Below the pieces are notes generated by a model. It ran no database searches. It was not told the origin of the DNA and worked only from the letters and a program-made list of their open reading frames with translations. Of a stretch of 64,000 bases of DNA, positions 1-10,612 are shown in pieces. The translations under genes were made by a program, and so were the position numbers. The stretch comes from a virus (lineage: Duplodnaviria > Heunggongvirae > Uroviricota > Caudoviricetes), in IMG/VR virus record IMGVR_UViG_3300032167_005013, one strand, 5' to 3'. The stretch's first letter is position 1. Every line of letters starts with the position of its first letter.

Positions 1-2
1 GA

Positions 3-272
3 AGGGGGCTTAAGTTCACATATTATGATTGCGTTGTTGATTATCTGATGAAAATTATTGAACCCGATAGGGAATATGGGGCACGTCCTATTGCAAGAGC
101 GATAGAAACAGAAATTCTCGACAGGATAACTCAAAAGATATTAGATATGGATGAACCAATATCAGAATTCATCTTTACGGTTGATTTCGATGATAAACTT
201 GAAATACGGGCTACGGGAATAGAAGATAGTATTAGTGTTCATATAAAACCGGATGATGAGGAGGAAAATTAA
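3..272 (+). CDS. C-terminal fragment of a ClpA/ClpB-family AAA+ chaperone (5' end outside the window)
   Basis: Frame is open from base 3; YGARPIARAIE matches the Clp D2-small GARPL motif. Confidence 0.75.
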   Translation, partial: RGLKFTYYDCVVDYLMKIIEPDREYGARPIARAIETEILDRITQKILDMDEPISEFIFTVDFDDKLEIRATGIEDSISVHIKPDDEEEN

Positions 273-565
273 GCCTCCTCATTTTCCATATCGTCAATTT
301 CCCAATAATACTCGTGTTCTCCAATGTTTTGGTTAATGATTCCACAGTTAAGGGATTTGATTGGGTGGTCATAATCTTTAAGGTCTTCAGCCTTATCATC
401 GGCGGCCAATTCAAGTTCGGATAGAAGATATGCACAAAGTTTGTTCTTGTTGATTTTGAATACAAGGTCCTTTTTCTTTGCTGCGTTGATTAACTCTCTG
501 ATTTTTTTACATAAAGCACGTTGTTCTTTGGAAAAGTTTCCTGTTTCAGAGTATTCCATGACCAT
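269..565 (-). CDS. hypothetical protein
   Basis: 98-aa ORF with GATATTTAT upstream on the minus strand (~577-585). Confidence 0.6.
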   Translation of the reverse strand: MVMEYSETGNFSKEQRALCKKIRELINAAKKKDLVFKINKNKLCAYLLSELELAADDKAEDLKDYDHPIKSLNCGIINQNIGEHEYYWEIDDMENEEA

Positions 566-673
566 TTCGTTTCCTAATAAATATCTTATTAAAAAGATAT
601 ATTAGTTAAATAATTTCTGGAAATATATTGTTATTTTAAAAGATATTTATATAATAATATAGATTAGATAGTT

Positions 674-1060
674 ATGAAAATTATAATTACTGAGAAACAA
701 TGCAAACAATTATATAAGATGATGCTTCAGGAGGAAATGGGCAAGCAATATCCTTATTCACCTGAAAAAGTTCTCGTTGTAAAAGAATATCTTGACAATA
801 ATTTCAAGAAAGGGAACCTCGAAGGTATTGGTGATGATGGCATGCCGTCAAATACCTGTATTGTTGCAATGATAAATCCTCAAACGGGTAATGTTGCTCA
901 GAACATGTATGATTATCAACTCCTTGACCTTCTAATTGACAAATTTCAAAATATGTTTGTTGATGAAGACGAAAGAAGTAAATTTCTTGGACAGGTAATG
1001 AGAGATTGGTATGAAGATAAAATAGGACTTTATGGAGGCCTTAGTGTAAATCATTTGTAA
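674..1060 (+). CDS. hypothetical protein with N-terminal ITExQ motif (possible virion/internal protein)
   Basis: MKIIITEKQCKQL start; GATATTTAT at ~642. Confidence 0.7.
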   Translation: MKIIITEKQCKQLYKMMLQEEMGKQYPYSPEKVLVVKEYLDNNFKKGNLEGIGDDGMPSNTCIVAMINPQTGNVAQNMYDYQLLDLLIDKFQNMFVDEDERSKFLGQVMRDWYEDKIGLYGGLSVNHL

Positions 1061-1063
1061 GAT

Positions 1064-1867
1064 ATGTCAAAGAAAATTATAGTAACGGAATCACAGTATC
1101 AGCGTCTTCTTTTGGAGATGTATCATGATATGAAAAGCATTGATGCTGAGGCTGAAAAGGCTGATAAATCCCCCACACTTGCTCAGAAAGAAGCGGGCAA
1201 TTATGCCATGGGCCACGTCACAATCCGTGGTTTTAAGATTTCCATTGAAAATGCTAAGGGCTCAAAAAGATATTGGGTTGATGATAAGGGAAAGAAAGGT
1301 TTTAATGTTTTGAAAAATCATTACGGATATTTTTCAAATACTGAAGGATATGATGGTGACCATATTGATGTGTTCATTGGTGAATATCTTGATTTCGATA
1401 AAGTGTTTGTTGTTGACCAAAAGAAAAAAGATGGGTCATTTGATGAAAGTAAGGTGATGCTTGGTTTTAAAACCAAAGAAGAAGCCAAAGATGCTTATCA
1501 AGCAAATTTTACCCCCGATTGGAAAGGGTTTATGGCGATAACAGAAATAGGTGTTGATAAATTCAAAAAATGGCTTTATGATGGTTTAAAACAAAGAAAA
1601 CCATTCTCAGAATATGTGGAAATTAAAAATCTTAAGGAATCAAAAGATTTTTTTGAAAAGCATGGAATAGAAAAACGTGGCGTCAATATAGGTTTTTCGG
1701 AAAAAGAACAGAAATGGTATGGTTGGTCCCATAGAGCAATATATGGTTTTGGTGTAGGTTCCAAATGTAAGAAAGGTGATGCTCATTATAATGGAAAGGA
1801 ATGGACTGCCAAAACATTAGAAGATGCCAAGAAAATGGCTGAAGATTTTGCAGAGTCTGTAAGTTAA
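1064..1867 (+). CDS. inorganic-pyrophosphatase-like (InPase) domain protein of the phage polyvalent-protein type
   Basis: PTLAQKEAGNY..GHV..ISIEN..HYGY..EGYDGDHIDVFIG..DESKVMLGF motifs; N-terminal VTESQ motif. Confidence 0.75.
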   Translation: MSKKIIVTESQYQRLLLEMYHDMKSIDAEAEKADKSPTLAQKEAGNYAMGHVTIRGFKISIENAKGSKRYWVDDKGKKGFNVLKNHYGYFSNTEGYDGDHIDVFIGEYLDFDKVFVVDQKKKDGSFDESKVMLGFKTKEEAKDAYQANFTPDWKGFMAITEIGVDKFKKWLYDGLKQRKPFSEYVEIKNLKESKDFFEKHGIEKRGVNIGFSEKEQKWYGWSHRAIYGFGVGSKCKKGDAHYNGKEWTAKTLEDAKKMAEDFAESVS

Positions 1868-1955
1868 CAAGAAAAGAGAGGGAAACCTCTCTTTTTTGTT
1901 TATTTGGCACGGTTTTTGTAGTGATTTAAGTTAAAACATAAATTTTAAAAAAAAT

Positions 1956-2576
1956 ATGGATAAAATTTGGATTCTTACAGTAACAAGGGAAAATGACACT
2001 GATGGTTTAGTTGTTAATACATATCCTTATATTGACTTGGATATAGCACAACAGGACATGAAACTCCTATCAAATAAACTTATTAATGATAGTGGTTTTA
2101 ATATAGTGGATAGAGAAAATTTCCTACTTGAAATGGAGAAAAATAATTACGAGGATTATTATCTTATTAAATTAGAATATAAAACGATATATGATAGCCC
2201 GATTGGTCTTGAAATGACTAAAGAAGAATTTAGTGAAAAAAAGTTTATTGATTGGTATAATGAAATAGATTTTAGAAAAGATTTATGTTCTTTCATAGAA
2301 TCCGATGATATTTTGTGGGAAAAAGTGAAAGTTAGAGTTTCAATAGATGTAGAAAATTATGGATATGAAGAAATTGATTATAGGGTTAATGATTTAATTC
2401 TTAAAAATATCATTGAAGAGACGAGAAACATATGTGGGGACGTTTATACAATAAAAATTGATTTTGTATTTGATGACGAAGATTTTGAATATGAAAAATA
2501 CCCTTCATATGTTGAAGGGTATGTATATGAAGGCTTGTTTAACAGTGGAAAAACTGTTATGAGAGCATTTTCCTAA
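1956..2576 (+). CDS. hypothetical acidic protein
   Basis: 206-aa ORF preceded by a sigma54-like box at 1905-1920 and a hairpin terminator at ~1874-1895. Confidence 0.65.
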   Translation: MDKIWILTVTRENDTDGLVVNTYPYIDLDIAQQDMKLLSNKLINDSGFNIVDRENFLLEMEKNNYEDYYLIKLEYKTIYDSPIGLEMTKEEFSEKKFIDWYNEIDFRKDLCSFIESDDILWEKVKVRVSIDVENYGYEEIDYRVNDLILKNIIEETRNICGDVYTIKIDFVFDDEDFEYEKYPSYVEGYVYEGLFNSGKTVMRAFS

Positions 2577-3715
2577 TATCCCGCTTTTGAATAAGCATTA
2601 CAAAGACACATAACGCCTTTGTTAGACGGGTCTCCTGTCTGTTCTGAAAGTGCATTAATTGCCATACGGAGAGTACCTCCGCTATTTATATCCTCATCAA
2701 AAATGAGGATATTTTTATTTTTATATCTTGAAAGCAATCCTCCTTTCTGGGAAAGTTCTTTATCAGCAACAACATAACAATCATCGAGGAAATCACGTTC
2801 ACGTTTTTCAAAATCTGTAATTTTAGCACCACGGACATCCCTTAACTTAAATCCACCTCTATCAATTAGAGTTTGAGAATAATATTCAAGCAGTTTAGCA
2901 ACTGTCATACAAACTTTTTGTATATCTCTTCGATTACGTTGGTTTTTAATAATACCTAACATTCCCTTATAATCATAAGTTTCAAGGGCCTTATTGATAA
3001 TATTTTGTGCAATCCTCCTGTCTTTAATATAATCAATCGAAACATGGAGAATGTCGTCAATTATCATATCAACAACATCTTCATATGTTTTCTTTTTTAA
3101 TTGGGGGTAAGTTAAAATTGCATTTTCTATTGCTTTGGTGTATATAGATTTTGTGACAAATTGTTCAATAGGTTTACGAATGTCATATGATATTTGCTGG
3201 AAAACACTATTTTTAACCTTTTGTTCAAATTTAAAAATGCTTTCATCAGTAAAACCATGTTTCTTCATGATTTCAGTACCTTGACCTCCCATAACTTTAA
3301 CTCGGAAAAGTCCTTTCTTAAAGAAATTATCAACAAACTCACACCCAAGTTTACGGCTTAGATTTATGCAATAATATCTATTGAAGTTGGAAGATGATGG
3401 TGGGGCGATAATATAATCAGGGATGAAACTCTCATCTTTTAATGATGAGGCTGCATACATTACAGATTTATCAATAAATTGATGAACGGATGTGTATGCT
3501 TCTTTATCACCTAAATTATATTGAGATTTGTAGTGCTGAGGTCTTACATCTTTTAATGAAAAGTTGCTTTCAACATCAGCAATGATACTGTTATTATCAT
3601 ATGAAACGGGAATATGACTTCCTCTTTTACCCTCTAATCCTGTATTATCTTTAACTTTATTATTGGGAACGATATACCTGTTTACACTAAAACGCATTCA
3701 TTTTGAGTGCGTTTT

Positions 3716-4039
3716 TTATTTTAAACTATAGTACTCGTCTTCTGAAATAAATTGGTGCTCAAGCAAGTATTTCCAAAAGGAATACTCTTGTGATGTCTTA
3801 TAGAATTGCCCATTGAATTTCACATTACCACCAGCATACAAGAAGCAAGTTACAATTTGCACTTTGGTGATACGACTAACTGATGTTGAATCAAGGATAT
3901 ATTCTGTTGCTTCCCAAAAATTACTATGCTTTGTTAGAACAATATTTGTTATTTCTAAAGCATCATTTGTTAGTAAATGTCTGCAAATTTCGTGGAATCT
4001 TATGTTAGTTGATTCGTTAAGGCATATTTCGTACTTCAT
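3716..4039 (-). CDS. hypothetical passenger protein inside the IS
   Basis: 107-aa ORF within the IS ends. Confidence 0.55.
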   Translation of the reverse strand: MKYEICLNESTNIRFHEICRHLLTNDALEITNIVLTKHSNFWEATEYILDSTSVSRITKVQIVTCFLYAGGNVKFNGQFYKTSQEYSFWKYLLEHQFISEDEYYSLK

Positions 4040-4126
4040 AGCGTGTGAATTTGTGCGAATTTAATGTTTTTTTCTAATTACGAGATATTTATATAGGAAA
4101 TAATGTGAATTTAAAACAAATACGAT

Positions 4127-4879
4127 ATGGCAAGAAATAGGGTACAATGGAGTGAGCAAGAAGAAATGTTATCTGGTGCTTACGCTAATATAGCATCTTC
4201 ATTTTCTCAGATTACATCATATATGAAGAATCATCTTAGAACCGTACAGAATGGCGGTGGGGTGATAACAGATGGCGATTTGGAAGAAGTTTTTCAGATG
4301 GTTTCAGATATGATTAACAAAAACCTTCATAACACCTCGCAAATGAGAGTCAATATAACTACAGATAATGTTGCTCCTAAGAAAATAACAACTAAGAATA
4401 CAAATTCCAATTGGGTGTCATCTGCAAGTAATGGTAGTCCTGTACAATTCGAATCAAAGCGACCACAAAAGATTAGAATCTCAGAATCTGAACTCAAACA
4501 AGTCATTACAGAATCTGTAAAACGAGTATTGAATGAGAGTATGGGGCAACAATATAGAGTTGACTTAAAAACGAATAGTCGTGTGAATCAACAAGCAATT
4601 TCTCAATTACATTCCATTCTTAATAATTCAAGAGGAAAACAAATAGAATGTACATTGAATATGTTCTATGGTAACGGATTTACATGTGATGCCACATTTA
4701 CAACAAACGGTAATAGTATTTGCACAATTAATATTACCTCGTCAACACAGTACAATAAAACGTTTGAATACAATACGGGAAACGCAGTTCAGCAAGTGTT
4801 AAATATTGGTCGAAATTTGTGTAATCAATGGTTACAAACCATTCAGCAAAAGAATCAACAAACTATGCAACAGCAATAG
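4127..4879 (+). CDS. passenger protein with phage ISESELKQVITESVKRVLNE motif
   Basis: 250-aa ORF; GATATTTAT upstream at ~4084; lies within the IS ends. Confidence 0.7.
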   Translation: MARNRVQWSEQEEMLSGAYANIASSFSQITSYMKNHLRTVQNGGGVITDGDLEEVFQMVSDMINKNLHNTSQMRVNITTDNVAPKKITTKNTNSNWVSSASNGSPVQFESKRPQKIRISESELKQVITESVKRVLNESMGQQYRVDLKTNSRVNQQAISQLHSILNNSRGKQIECTLNMFYGNGFTCDATFTTNGNSICTINITSSTQYNKTFEYNTGNAVQQVLNIGRNLCNQWLQTIQQKNQQTMQQQ

Positions 4880-5810
4880 ATGTAATCTTCACATCGTCAT
4901 AGGATACGATACCTATTGACTTACAAAACATATCAGCAAAGCGGGCGGATTCGTCCGCTTTTCGTGTATTATAGCGGTAAACCGCTTCATCAAGATAACG
5001 CTGAAGGTAATCCTTGCTAACGAAATGATATGTACCGAAAACCATACGCTTGAAGTGTCCCCAAAATCCCTCAATGCTATTGGTAGTGATACCATCCTTT
5101 GAGAACTCCTTCTTGCCGTGCTCAATAACACTATGTGAGATTCCTGCTCTGTCAAGGCAAGAGTACGAATTCAACTCATCTGTAAAGAAATGAGAGTTCT
5201 CAGCACAGAACTGCTTGATGATAGGGAGCAAGGTTGATGTCTTGGTATCAGACACTTTAAGAGCGTGAACGAGTCCGTCACGCTGAACCATACCGAAGAT
5301 TGGAGTCTTCGTTTTAGTGGAACGTCCCTGTGTACCTTCAGTCTTCTTTGACTGATGTTTGTTAGCCTCTCTACCGCCAAGGTACATTTCATCTAACTCA
5401 ATCTCACCCTCAAGAGCAGGAGTATCGTACTGAGCAAAGAGTGTACGTACCTTATGAAGAATAAACCACGCTGTTTTCTGTGTCACATCAAGGTCACGAG
5501 ACAACTGGTGTGATGAGATACCCTTCTTATGTGATGAGATAAGGTACATTGCCATAAACCACTTCTGAAGTGGCAATTTGGTATTGTGGAAGATTGTACC
5601 CACGAGGCAAGAGAAACGCTTCTTGCAATCTGCACACTTGAACTGATTGTCACCGTTGGAGCATACGTAAGTATGGGTGCATCCACAGAACGGGCAAGTC
5701 ACATTGCCGCCCCAACGCTGTTCGGTAATGAAATCACGACAACGCTTGTCGTTGTTGAAGTAAGTAACGAGGGAAATGAGTGAGTTGAAATGTGCTAACT
5801 GAAGTTTCAT
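4863..5810 (-). CDS. IS1595-family (ISXO2-like) DDE transposase
   Basis: Zn ribbon CPFCG..CADC, HTH region, ELDEMYLGG, FTDE, TNSIEGFW..KR. Confidence 0.95.
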   Translation of the reverse strand: MKLQLAHFNSLISLVTYFNNDKRCRDFITEQRWGGNVTCPFCGCTHTYVCSNGDNQFKCADCKKRFSCLVGTIFHNTKLPLQKWFMAMYLISSHKKGISSHQLSRDLDVTQKTAWFILHKVRTLFAQYDTPALEGEIELDEMYLGGREANKHQSKKTEGTQGRSTKTKTPIFGMVQRDGLVHALKVSDTKTSTLLPIIKQFCAENSHFFTDELNSYSCLDRAGISHSVIEHGKKEFSKDGITTNSIEGFWGHFKRMVFGTYHFVSKDYLQRYLDEAVYRYNTRKADESARFADMFCKSIGIVSYDDVKITSIAVA

Positions 5811-6593
5811 ATATCAAACGGGTTAAGTTCGTTATTAGTATATACCAATAATCTAACCCGTTGTTACCAAAAAGTCCAGTCTTTTTCGACTGGACTTCAG
5901 TTATTTACGCTATTTTTAGTGTAAACATGTATATCGTTCCCTTATTATTTGGCCTTAATTTACCATGCTTGATTGCATCGTTAAAGTTAAAATCATTAAT
6001 CGTGTATAATGCAATAAACTTAACGTTAGTGCCGGGAACAATCCCTGTATTATAACGTTTTACTTTTTCAGGATTCGCTGTTTGTTGAACTCTATTATAC
6101 GTCATTTGTTTTACAGTGGAATCCATATTATCACGTGATATGCGGCTTAAAATTTCAGTTTTAAGGTCTTCAGTTGATACCCCGTTATTTATAAGTTCTT
6201 GTATATTTTTGCTTTGTATAGATGGGGCATTTTGGAAATCAATATCGGATAATTGTATTTTACCGTTGCAATAGTCTAATACTTGTTGATAAAAATTATT
6301 CAAAGAATTATAATGACCTGCTCTTTGAGCTAACGGCATATAATTTTTGTTCATGGTTCCATCACCATATAATATATCATTTTTGGAACCAAACATACGA
6401 GTATCTGCATTCATATCACCACTGATATTGCCCTTGTCAGTTTTATCTTGGTTGATGTGGAGATTTGCTGTGTTTTTACGGCCACGTGTACCACCACCCC
6501 ATGCAAGACCTTGAGACCACTCAGCACCTTCAATAATTCACTTTGTAGTCTCATTAATTATATATCGTATGTCATTATAATTCAGTTTCATTA

Positions 6594-6965
6594 CTATCGT
6601 TGTGTTGTTCTATACATGTATTTTCCACACATTTCCATAATGTCATCGCAGATATTCTCTAAACCACTATACTGATAGCCATCGAAATTATCTTTCATAT
6701 CCATGGTTTCGTCAGCAAGTTCCTTAAGCATGTCTTTTAACTTAGTTGCATGGGGAAGCATAGGTTTTAAGTCACCTACTTTAACTTTTTTACCAGTAAT
6801 ACCCATTGCACATTCAGCGAAACGGTCTTCAAGGTCATGAATTGCTTCTTCAACTTCATCACAAAGAAGATGTTCCGCATTATTATCTGTACTCCAATGT
6901 ATTTCTTTTACACGAATCATGTACCCATGTAAAGAGCAAATAAAGTCAATATATTTCTTATCCAT
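6594..6965 (-). CDS. ferritin/Dps-like four-helix phage protein
   Basis: KEIHW..EHLLCDE..DRFAE pattern typical of Dps-like phage proteins. Confidence 0.55.
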   Translation of the reverse strand: MDKKYIDFICSLHGYMIRVKEIHWSTDNNAEHLLCDEVEEAIHDLEDRFAECAMGITGKKVKVGDLKPMLPHATKLKDMLKELADETMDMKDNFDGYQYSGLENICDDIMEMCGKYMYRTTQR

Positions 6966-7051
6966 ATTATCTCCTCCAAATGTTATATACTATAAATAGT
7001 TTGTAAAATCGTTTTTAATCACTATCTTTGCACCACAAAACTTATACAGAA

Positions 7052-8806
7052 ATGTCAGAACATAAGATTTATTATAACAATTTAGAATTCACACCAAGTC
7101 CATATCAGGAATTGATATTTGAGAATATATTACATGGTTCCTCTAATATGGTCATTAATGCTGTTGCAGGCTCGGGAAAATCAACCACGATTGTCAATGC
7201 ACTGAGGCTTATTCCACAAAACAGCAAAGTACTTTTCATTGCATTCAATAAGGATATTGTGAATACGCTCAAAGAAAAAGTGGGTGATGTTGCGAATGTC
7301 AATATAATGACTTATCATTCATTAGGTTATTCAATTGTTTCTGAATCCCTTAAAAGAAAACCCGAATTGGATGATTATAAGTACACAACTTATTTCAGAA
7401 ATAACCTTTACGAACTTGGATATGAAGGTGGGGTTTCACCAATTCTTTACGGTACGTTTCTTAAAAATATTGAGAAACTAATCGACTATGCCCGTTTCAA
7501 CTTATGTCAATCAGAAAAAGAGATTGAAACTATTGCAGATAAATATGATGTTGTTCTTGTGGATAATGAGTGTAAGATTGTTGAAAACGTCTTAAAATGG
7601 GGTAAAACCGCCCTTGAAACCGTTGATTATACTGATATGGTATGGTTACCTTATGAACTCGATTTAAGGTCAAGAAAACATAGTTATGATTGGATTTTCG
7701 TGGATGAAGCTCAGGACTCTTCACCGGTACAACAGAAATTATTTCAGAAATGTTTCAAGCGTGGAGCTAAGTTTTGTGCTGTGGGGGATAGTTCACAGTG
7801 TATCAATGCGTGGGCGGGCGCTGATATTGAAGCGTTTAATAATTTTCTAAAAATGCCTAATACTAAAGAGTTCAAACTCCCGATATCGTATCGTTGCCCT
7901 GAATTGGTGATTAAAATGGCGCAGAAATTTGTACCGGAGATTCAGGCTGCTGAAAATGCAATGATGGGGAGTATTAAATATGATGTGGACCCTTATGCAC
8001 CAAAGCCGGGGGATATGGTACTTTGTAGGAATACTTATCCCCTCGTAAAACTATATACCGAATATCTTAGAATTAACAAAAAGTCGTATATTAGAGGGAA
8101 GGATATTGGAGAAAGTCTAATTCAGACTATAAAACAATTCAAAGGTGAAGGTGACGATTATCCACTTAATAAATCATTATTCGATAAAGGATTATTCCGT
8201 AATCTATATAAAAACTATTTTAAGATAGTTGAAACTATGGTGGAACGGAATTCATTATCAGAAGATGAAGCTTGTTTTAGTGCCCCCGCTATGGATTTTT
8301 ACGATACAATATCTTCATTAGAAATTCTTTCTGAGGGGATTAATACTTGTAACGAGTTGATTGAAAAGATTAAAACAATCTTCAATGAGGGAAAAAATGA
8401 CGCAGTGTGCTTATCGACAATTCATAAATCAAAAGGTCTTGAGGCTGATAATGTTTTCATCCTTTCAAAATCGCTTATGCCAAGTGTATACGCAGATAAG
8501 GAATGGGAGATTATTTCTGAAAAAAATCTCGAATATGTAGCAATTACACGAGCAAAACAAACCCTTCAATTTATAAATGAAGATAAGTTTAAGATAGAAA
8601 GGGGTAATAAACATAATGCTGAAATTAAAAAGAAACTTGAAGTAATTAAACGTCTTTTGGATATTCCTGTTGGAAAACAAATGGCAATTAATCTTGCTCC
8701 GCAAAACGGTTATAAAAAAATGATTCAAGAACTTCAGGGAGAAACAAAAAAAACTGTAAAAAAAACAATTGGTGCCCAAAAATTTGGGAAGTTTCTAAAA
8801 AAATAG
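7052..8806 (+). CDS. UvrD/Rep-family SF1 helicase
   Basis: AVAGSGKST, VDEAQD, VGDSSQCI, SYRCP, STIHKSKGLE, YVAITRA; TATCTTTG promoter box at 7023. Confidence 0.93.
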   Translation: MSEHKIYYNNLEFTPSPYQELIFENILHGSSNMVINAVAGSGKSTTIVNALRLIPQNSKVLFIAFNKDIVNTLKEKVGDVANVNIMTYHSLGYSIVSESLKRKPELDDYKYTTYFRNNLYELGYEGGVSPILYGTFLKNIEKLIDYARFNLCQSEKEIETIADKYDVVLVDNECKIVENVLKWGKTALETVDYTDMVWLPYELDLRSRKHSYDWIFVDEAQDSSPVQQKLFQKCFKRGAKFCAVGDSSQCINAWAGADIEAFNNFLKMPNTKEFKLPISYRCPELVIKMAQKFVPEIQAAENAMMGSIKYDVDPYAPKPGDMVLCRNTYPLVKLYTEYLRINKKSYIRGKDIGESLIQTIKQFKGEGDDYPLNKSLFDKGLFRNLYKNYFKIVETMVERNSLSEDEACFSAPAMDFYDTISSLEILSEGINTCNELIEKIKTIFNEGKNDAVCLSTIHKSKGLEADNVFILSKSLMPSVYADKEWEIISEKNLEYVAITRAKQTLQFINEDKFKIERGNKHNAEIKKKLEVIKRLLDIPVGKQMAINLAPQNGYKKMIQELQGETKKTVKKTIGAQKFGKFLKK

Positions 8807-8832
8807 TATCTTTGCTTAAGAATAGAAATAAT

Positions 8833-9918
8833 ATGGCGGATTTTAGAAAAGAGTTAGAAAAGACTGGCTTGAAATACAAGCCTCATGAGATAAAAGAATA
8901 TCTTGACAAATATATTATTGGACAGGATGATGCTAAAAAGGCTTTGTCGGTAGCAATTTATAACCATTATAAGAAAATATTTAACAACAACAATGGTTAC
9001 GATGAACTTGAAAAGTCAAATATTCTTATTGCAGGAAATACAGGCTGTGGAAAGACACTTATTGTTAAAACAATTGCCAAAATGCTTGGAGTTCCTTGTT
9101 ATATAGGTAATGCAACTTCAATAACAGAAAGCGGATATGTTGGTGACGACATAGAATCGTTATTGGTAGGTCTTCTTCGTGAGTGTGACTACAACATTCC
9201 TGCAGCCGAAATTGGAATTGTGTTCATTGATGAAATTGATAAAATTGCAAAAAAGGGTGCGGGAGTCTCGGTAACACGAGATGTGTCAGGAGAAGGAGTT
9301 GAACAGGGACTTCTTAAAATGGTGGAAGGTTCTATGGTAGGTGTTCATCCACAAGGAGGAAGAAAGCATCCTGAACAGGAATTGTTGTATATTGATACAA
9401 CTAACATTCTTTTTATTGCTTCAGGTGCATTTCCGGGGATTGAAGATATTATTAAAAGCAGGCTTGGAGGCAGTAAAATAGGATTCAATATTAATGAGAA
9501 AACGGTTGTTAAGAGCGATGAACTTATAAAATACTCCACACCGCAGGACTTTAAGACTTTTGGTCTTATTCCTGAATTCATTGGACGTTTTCCTGTCATA
9601 ACTCATGTTAATGAATTAACAATTGATGATTTGAAACTAATTTTAACGGAACCAAAAAATTCATTAGTTTCCCAATATCAAAAACTTTTTAAAATGGATG
9701 ATTGCGAACTTACTTTCACTAAAGATGCACTCACTGAAATTGCAAAATATGCCTATGAACTCAAAGTCGGTGCGAGAGGCTTAAGAAATATTATGGAGAC
9801 AATTATGAATGATTTTATGTATGAAACTCCTATGAAAAAATCTAAGTCCTTGAAACTTACTAAGAATTTGGTTCTCGATAAGATTAACGAGAAATGTAGA
9901 TACAAAAAAATTGCATAA
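8833..9918 (+). CDS. clpX: ClpX ATPase lacking the N-terminal zinc-binding domain
   Basis: IIGQDDAKKALSVAIYNHYK, KSNILIAGNTGCGKT, GYVGDD, IDEIDK, RDVSGEGV, GARGL. Confidence 0.93.
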   Translation: MADFRKELEKTGLKYKPHEIKEYLDKYIIGQDDAKKALSVAIYNHYKKIFNNNNGYDELEKSNILIAGNTGCGKTLIVKTIAKMLGVPCYIGNATSITESGYVGDDIESLLVGLLRECDYNIPAAEIGIVFIDEIDKIAKKGAGVSVTRDVSGEGVEQGLLKMVEGSMVGVHPQGGRKHPEQELLYIDTTNILFIASGAFPGIEDIIKSRLGGSKIGFNINEKTVVKSDELIKYSTPQDFKTFGLIPEFIGRFPVITHVNELTIDDLKLILTEPKNSLVSQYQKLFKMDDCELTFTKDALTEIAKYAYELKVGARGLRNIMETIMNDFMYETPMKKSKSLKLTKNLVLDKINEKCRYKKIA

Positions 9919-10087
9919 AAATTAAAAATATTTTCACTATTGATTATCAAGCGGTTAAACAAAAATGCTAATTATAATTGCTTGATAATCAATTATTTTG
10001 CAAAATTGCTTCACCCCTCGTGGAAATGTAATTTTTGTATTTAATAAACTAATTATACTTACCCTATAATCAAAAAGGAGAAGAGAT

Positions 10088-10597
10088 ATGAATTATTCTA
10101 AAATTAAGAGGTATGATATAAGCAACGGATGTGGAATTAGATGTTCTATTTTCTTTACGGGTTGCGATTTCCATTGCCCTGGATGTTTTAATCCTGAATT
10201 GTGGGATAAAAACTCGGGGGAGATTTTTGATGATGATGCAAAATCAGAACTTTTTTCATATTTGGAGGATGAACATTGTGATGGTTTAAGTGTGTTGGGT
10301 GGCGAACCGTTAATTCAGGGCCAAGCCCTTGTTGAACTATTGGAAGAGGTTAAGGTAAAATTTCCTGAAAAGACGATTTGGCTTTGGACGGGGTTTAAGA
10401 TTGATGGTAAATTGGATGAAACTCAGAAAATGATTCTTCAGAATTGTGACTATGTTGTTGACGGACAGTTCAAAGAGCACCTTGCGGGCAAAAAATTAAG
10501 ATTTAGAGGTTCCTCTAACCAACGAATTTGGAGACATGCTAATGGAGAGTTTGTCAGGGCTGACGATATTGAAGATAATAAAAGATTTTTAAAATAA
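10088..10597 (+). CDS. nrdG: anaerobic ribonucleotide reductase activating protein
   Basis: GCDFHCPGCFN radical SAM motif, LGGEP, FRGSSNQ; adjacent to nrdD. Confidence 0.95.
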   Translation: MNYSKIKRYDISNGCGIRCSIFFTGCDFHCPGCFNPELWDKNSGEIFDDDAKSELFSYLEDEHCDGLSVLGGEPLIQGQALVELLEEVKVKFPEKTIWLWTGFKIDGKLDETQKMILQNCDYVVDGQFKEHLAGKKLRFRGSSNQRIWRHANGEFVRADDIEDNKRFLK

Positions 10598-10612
10598 TAT
10601 AGGAGATAAAAA

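Larger units (their letters stand above)
3665..5941 (-). mobile_element. IS1595-family element with two passenger genes (2277 bp)
   Basis: 28-bp terminal inverted repeats with 1 mismatch (GGGAACGATATAC[C/A]TGTTTACACTAAAA at 3665-3692 and 5914-5941); 8-bp target duplication TTATTATT at 3657-3664 and 5942-5949. Confidence 0.93.
2573..6591 (-). pseudogene. phosphoribosyltransferase-domain gene disrupted by an IS1595 transposon and an in-frame TGA at codon 18
   Basis: Removing 3665-5949 joins ...GKLRPNNK to VKDNTG... in frame; PRT motif IFDEDINSGGTL near the C-terminus; ATG at 6591 is in frame, with TGA at 6538-6540. Confidence 0.85.
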
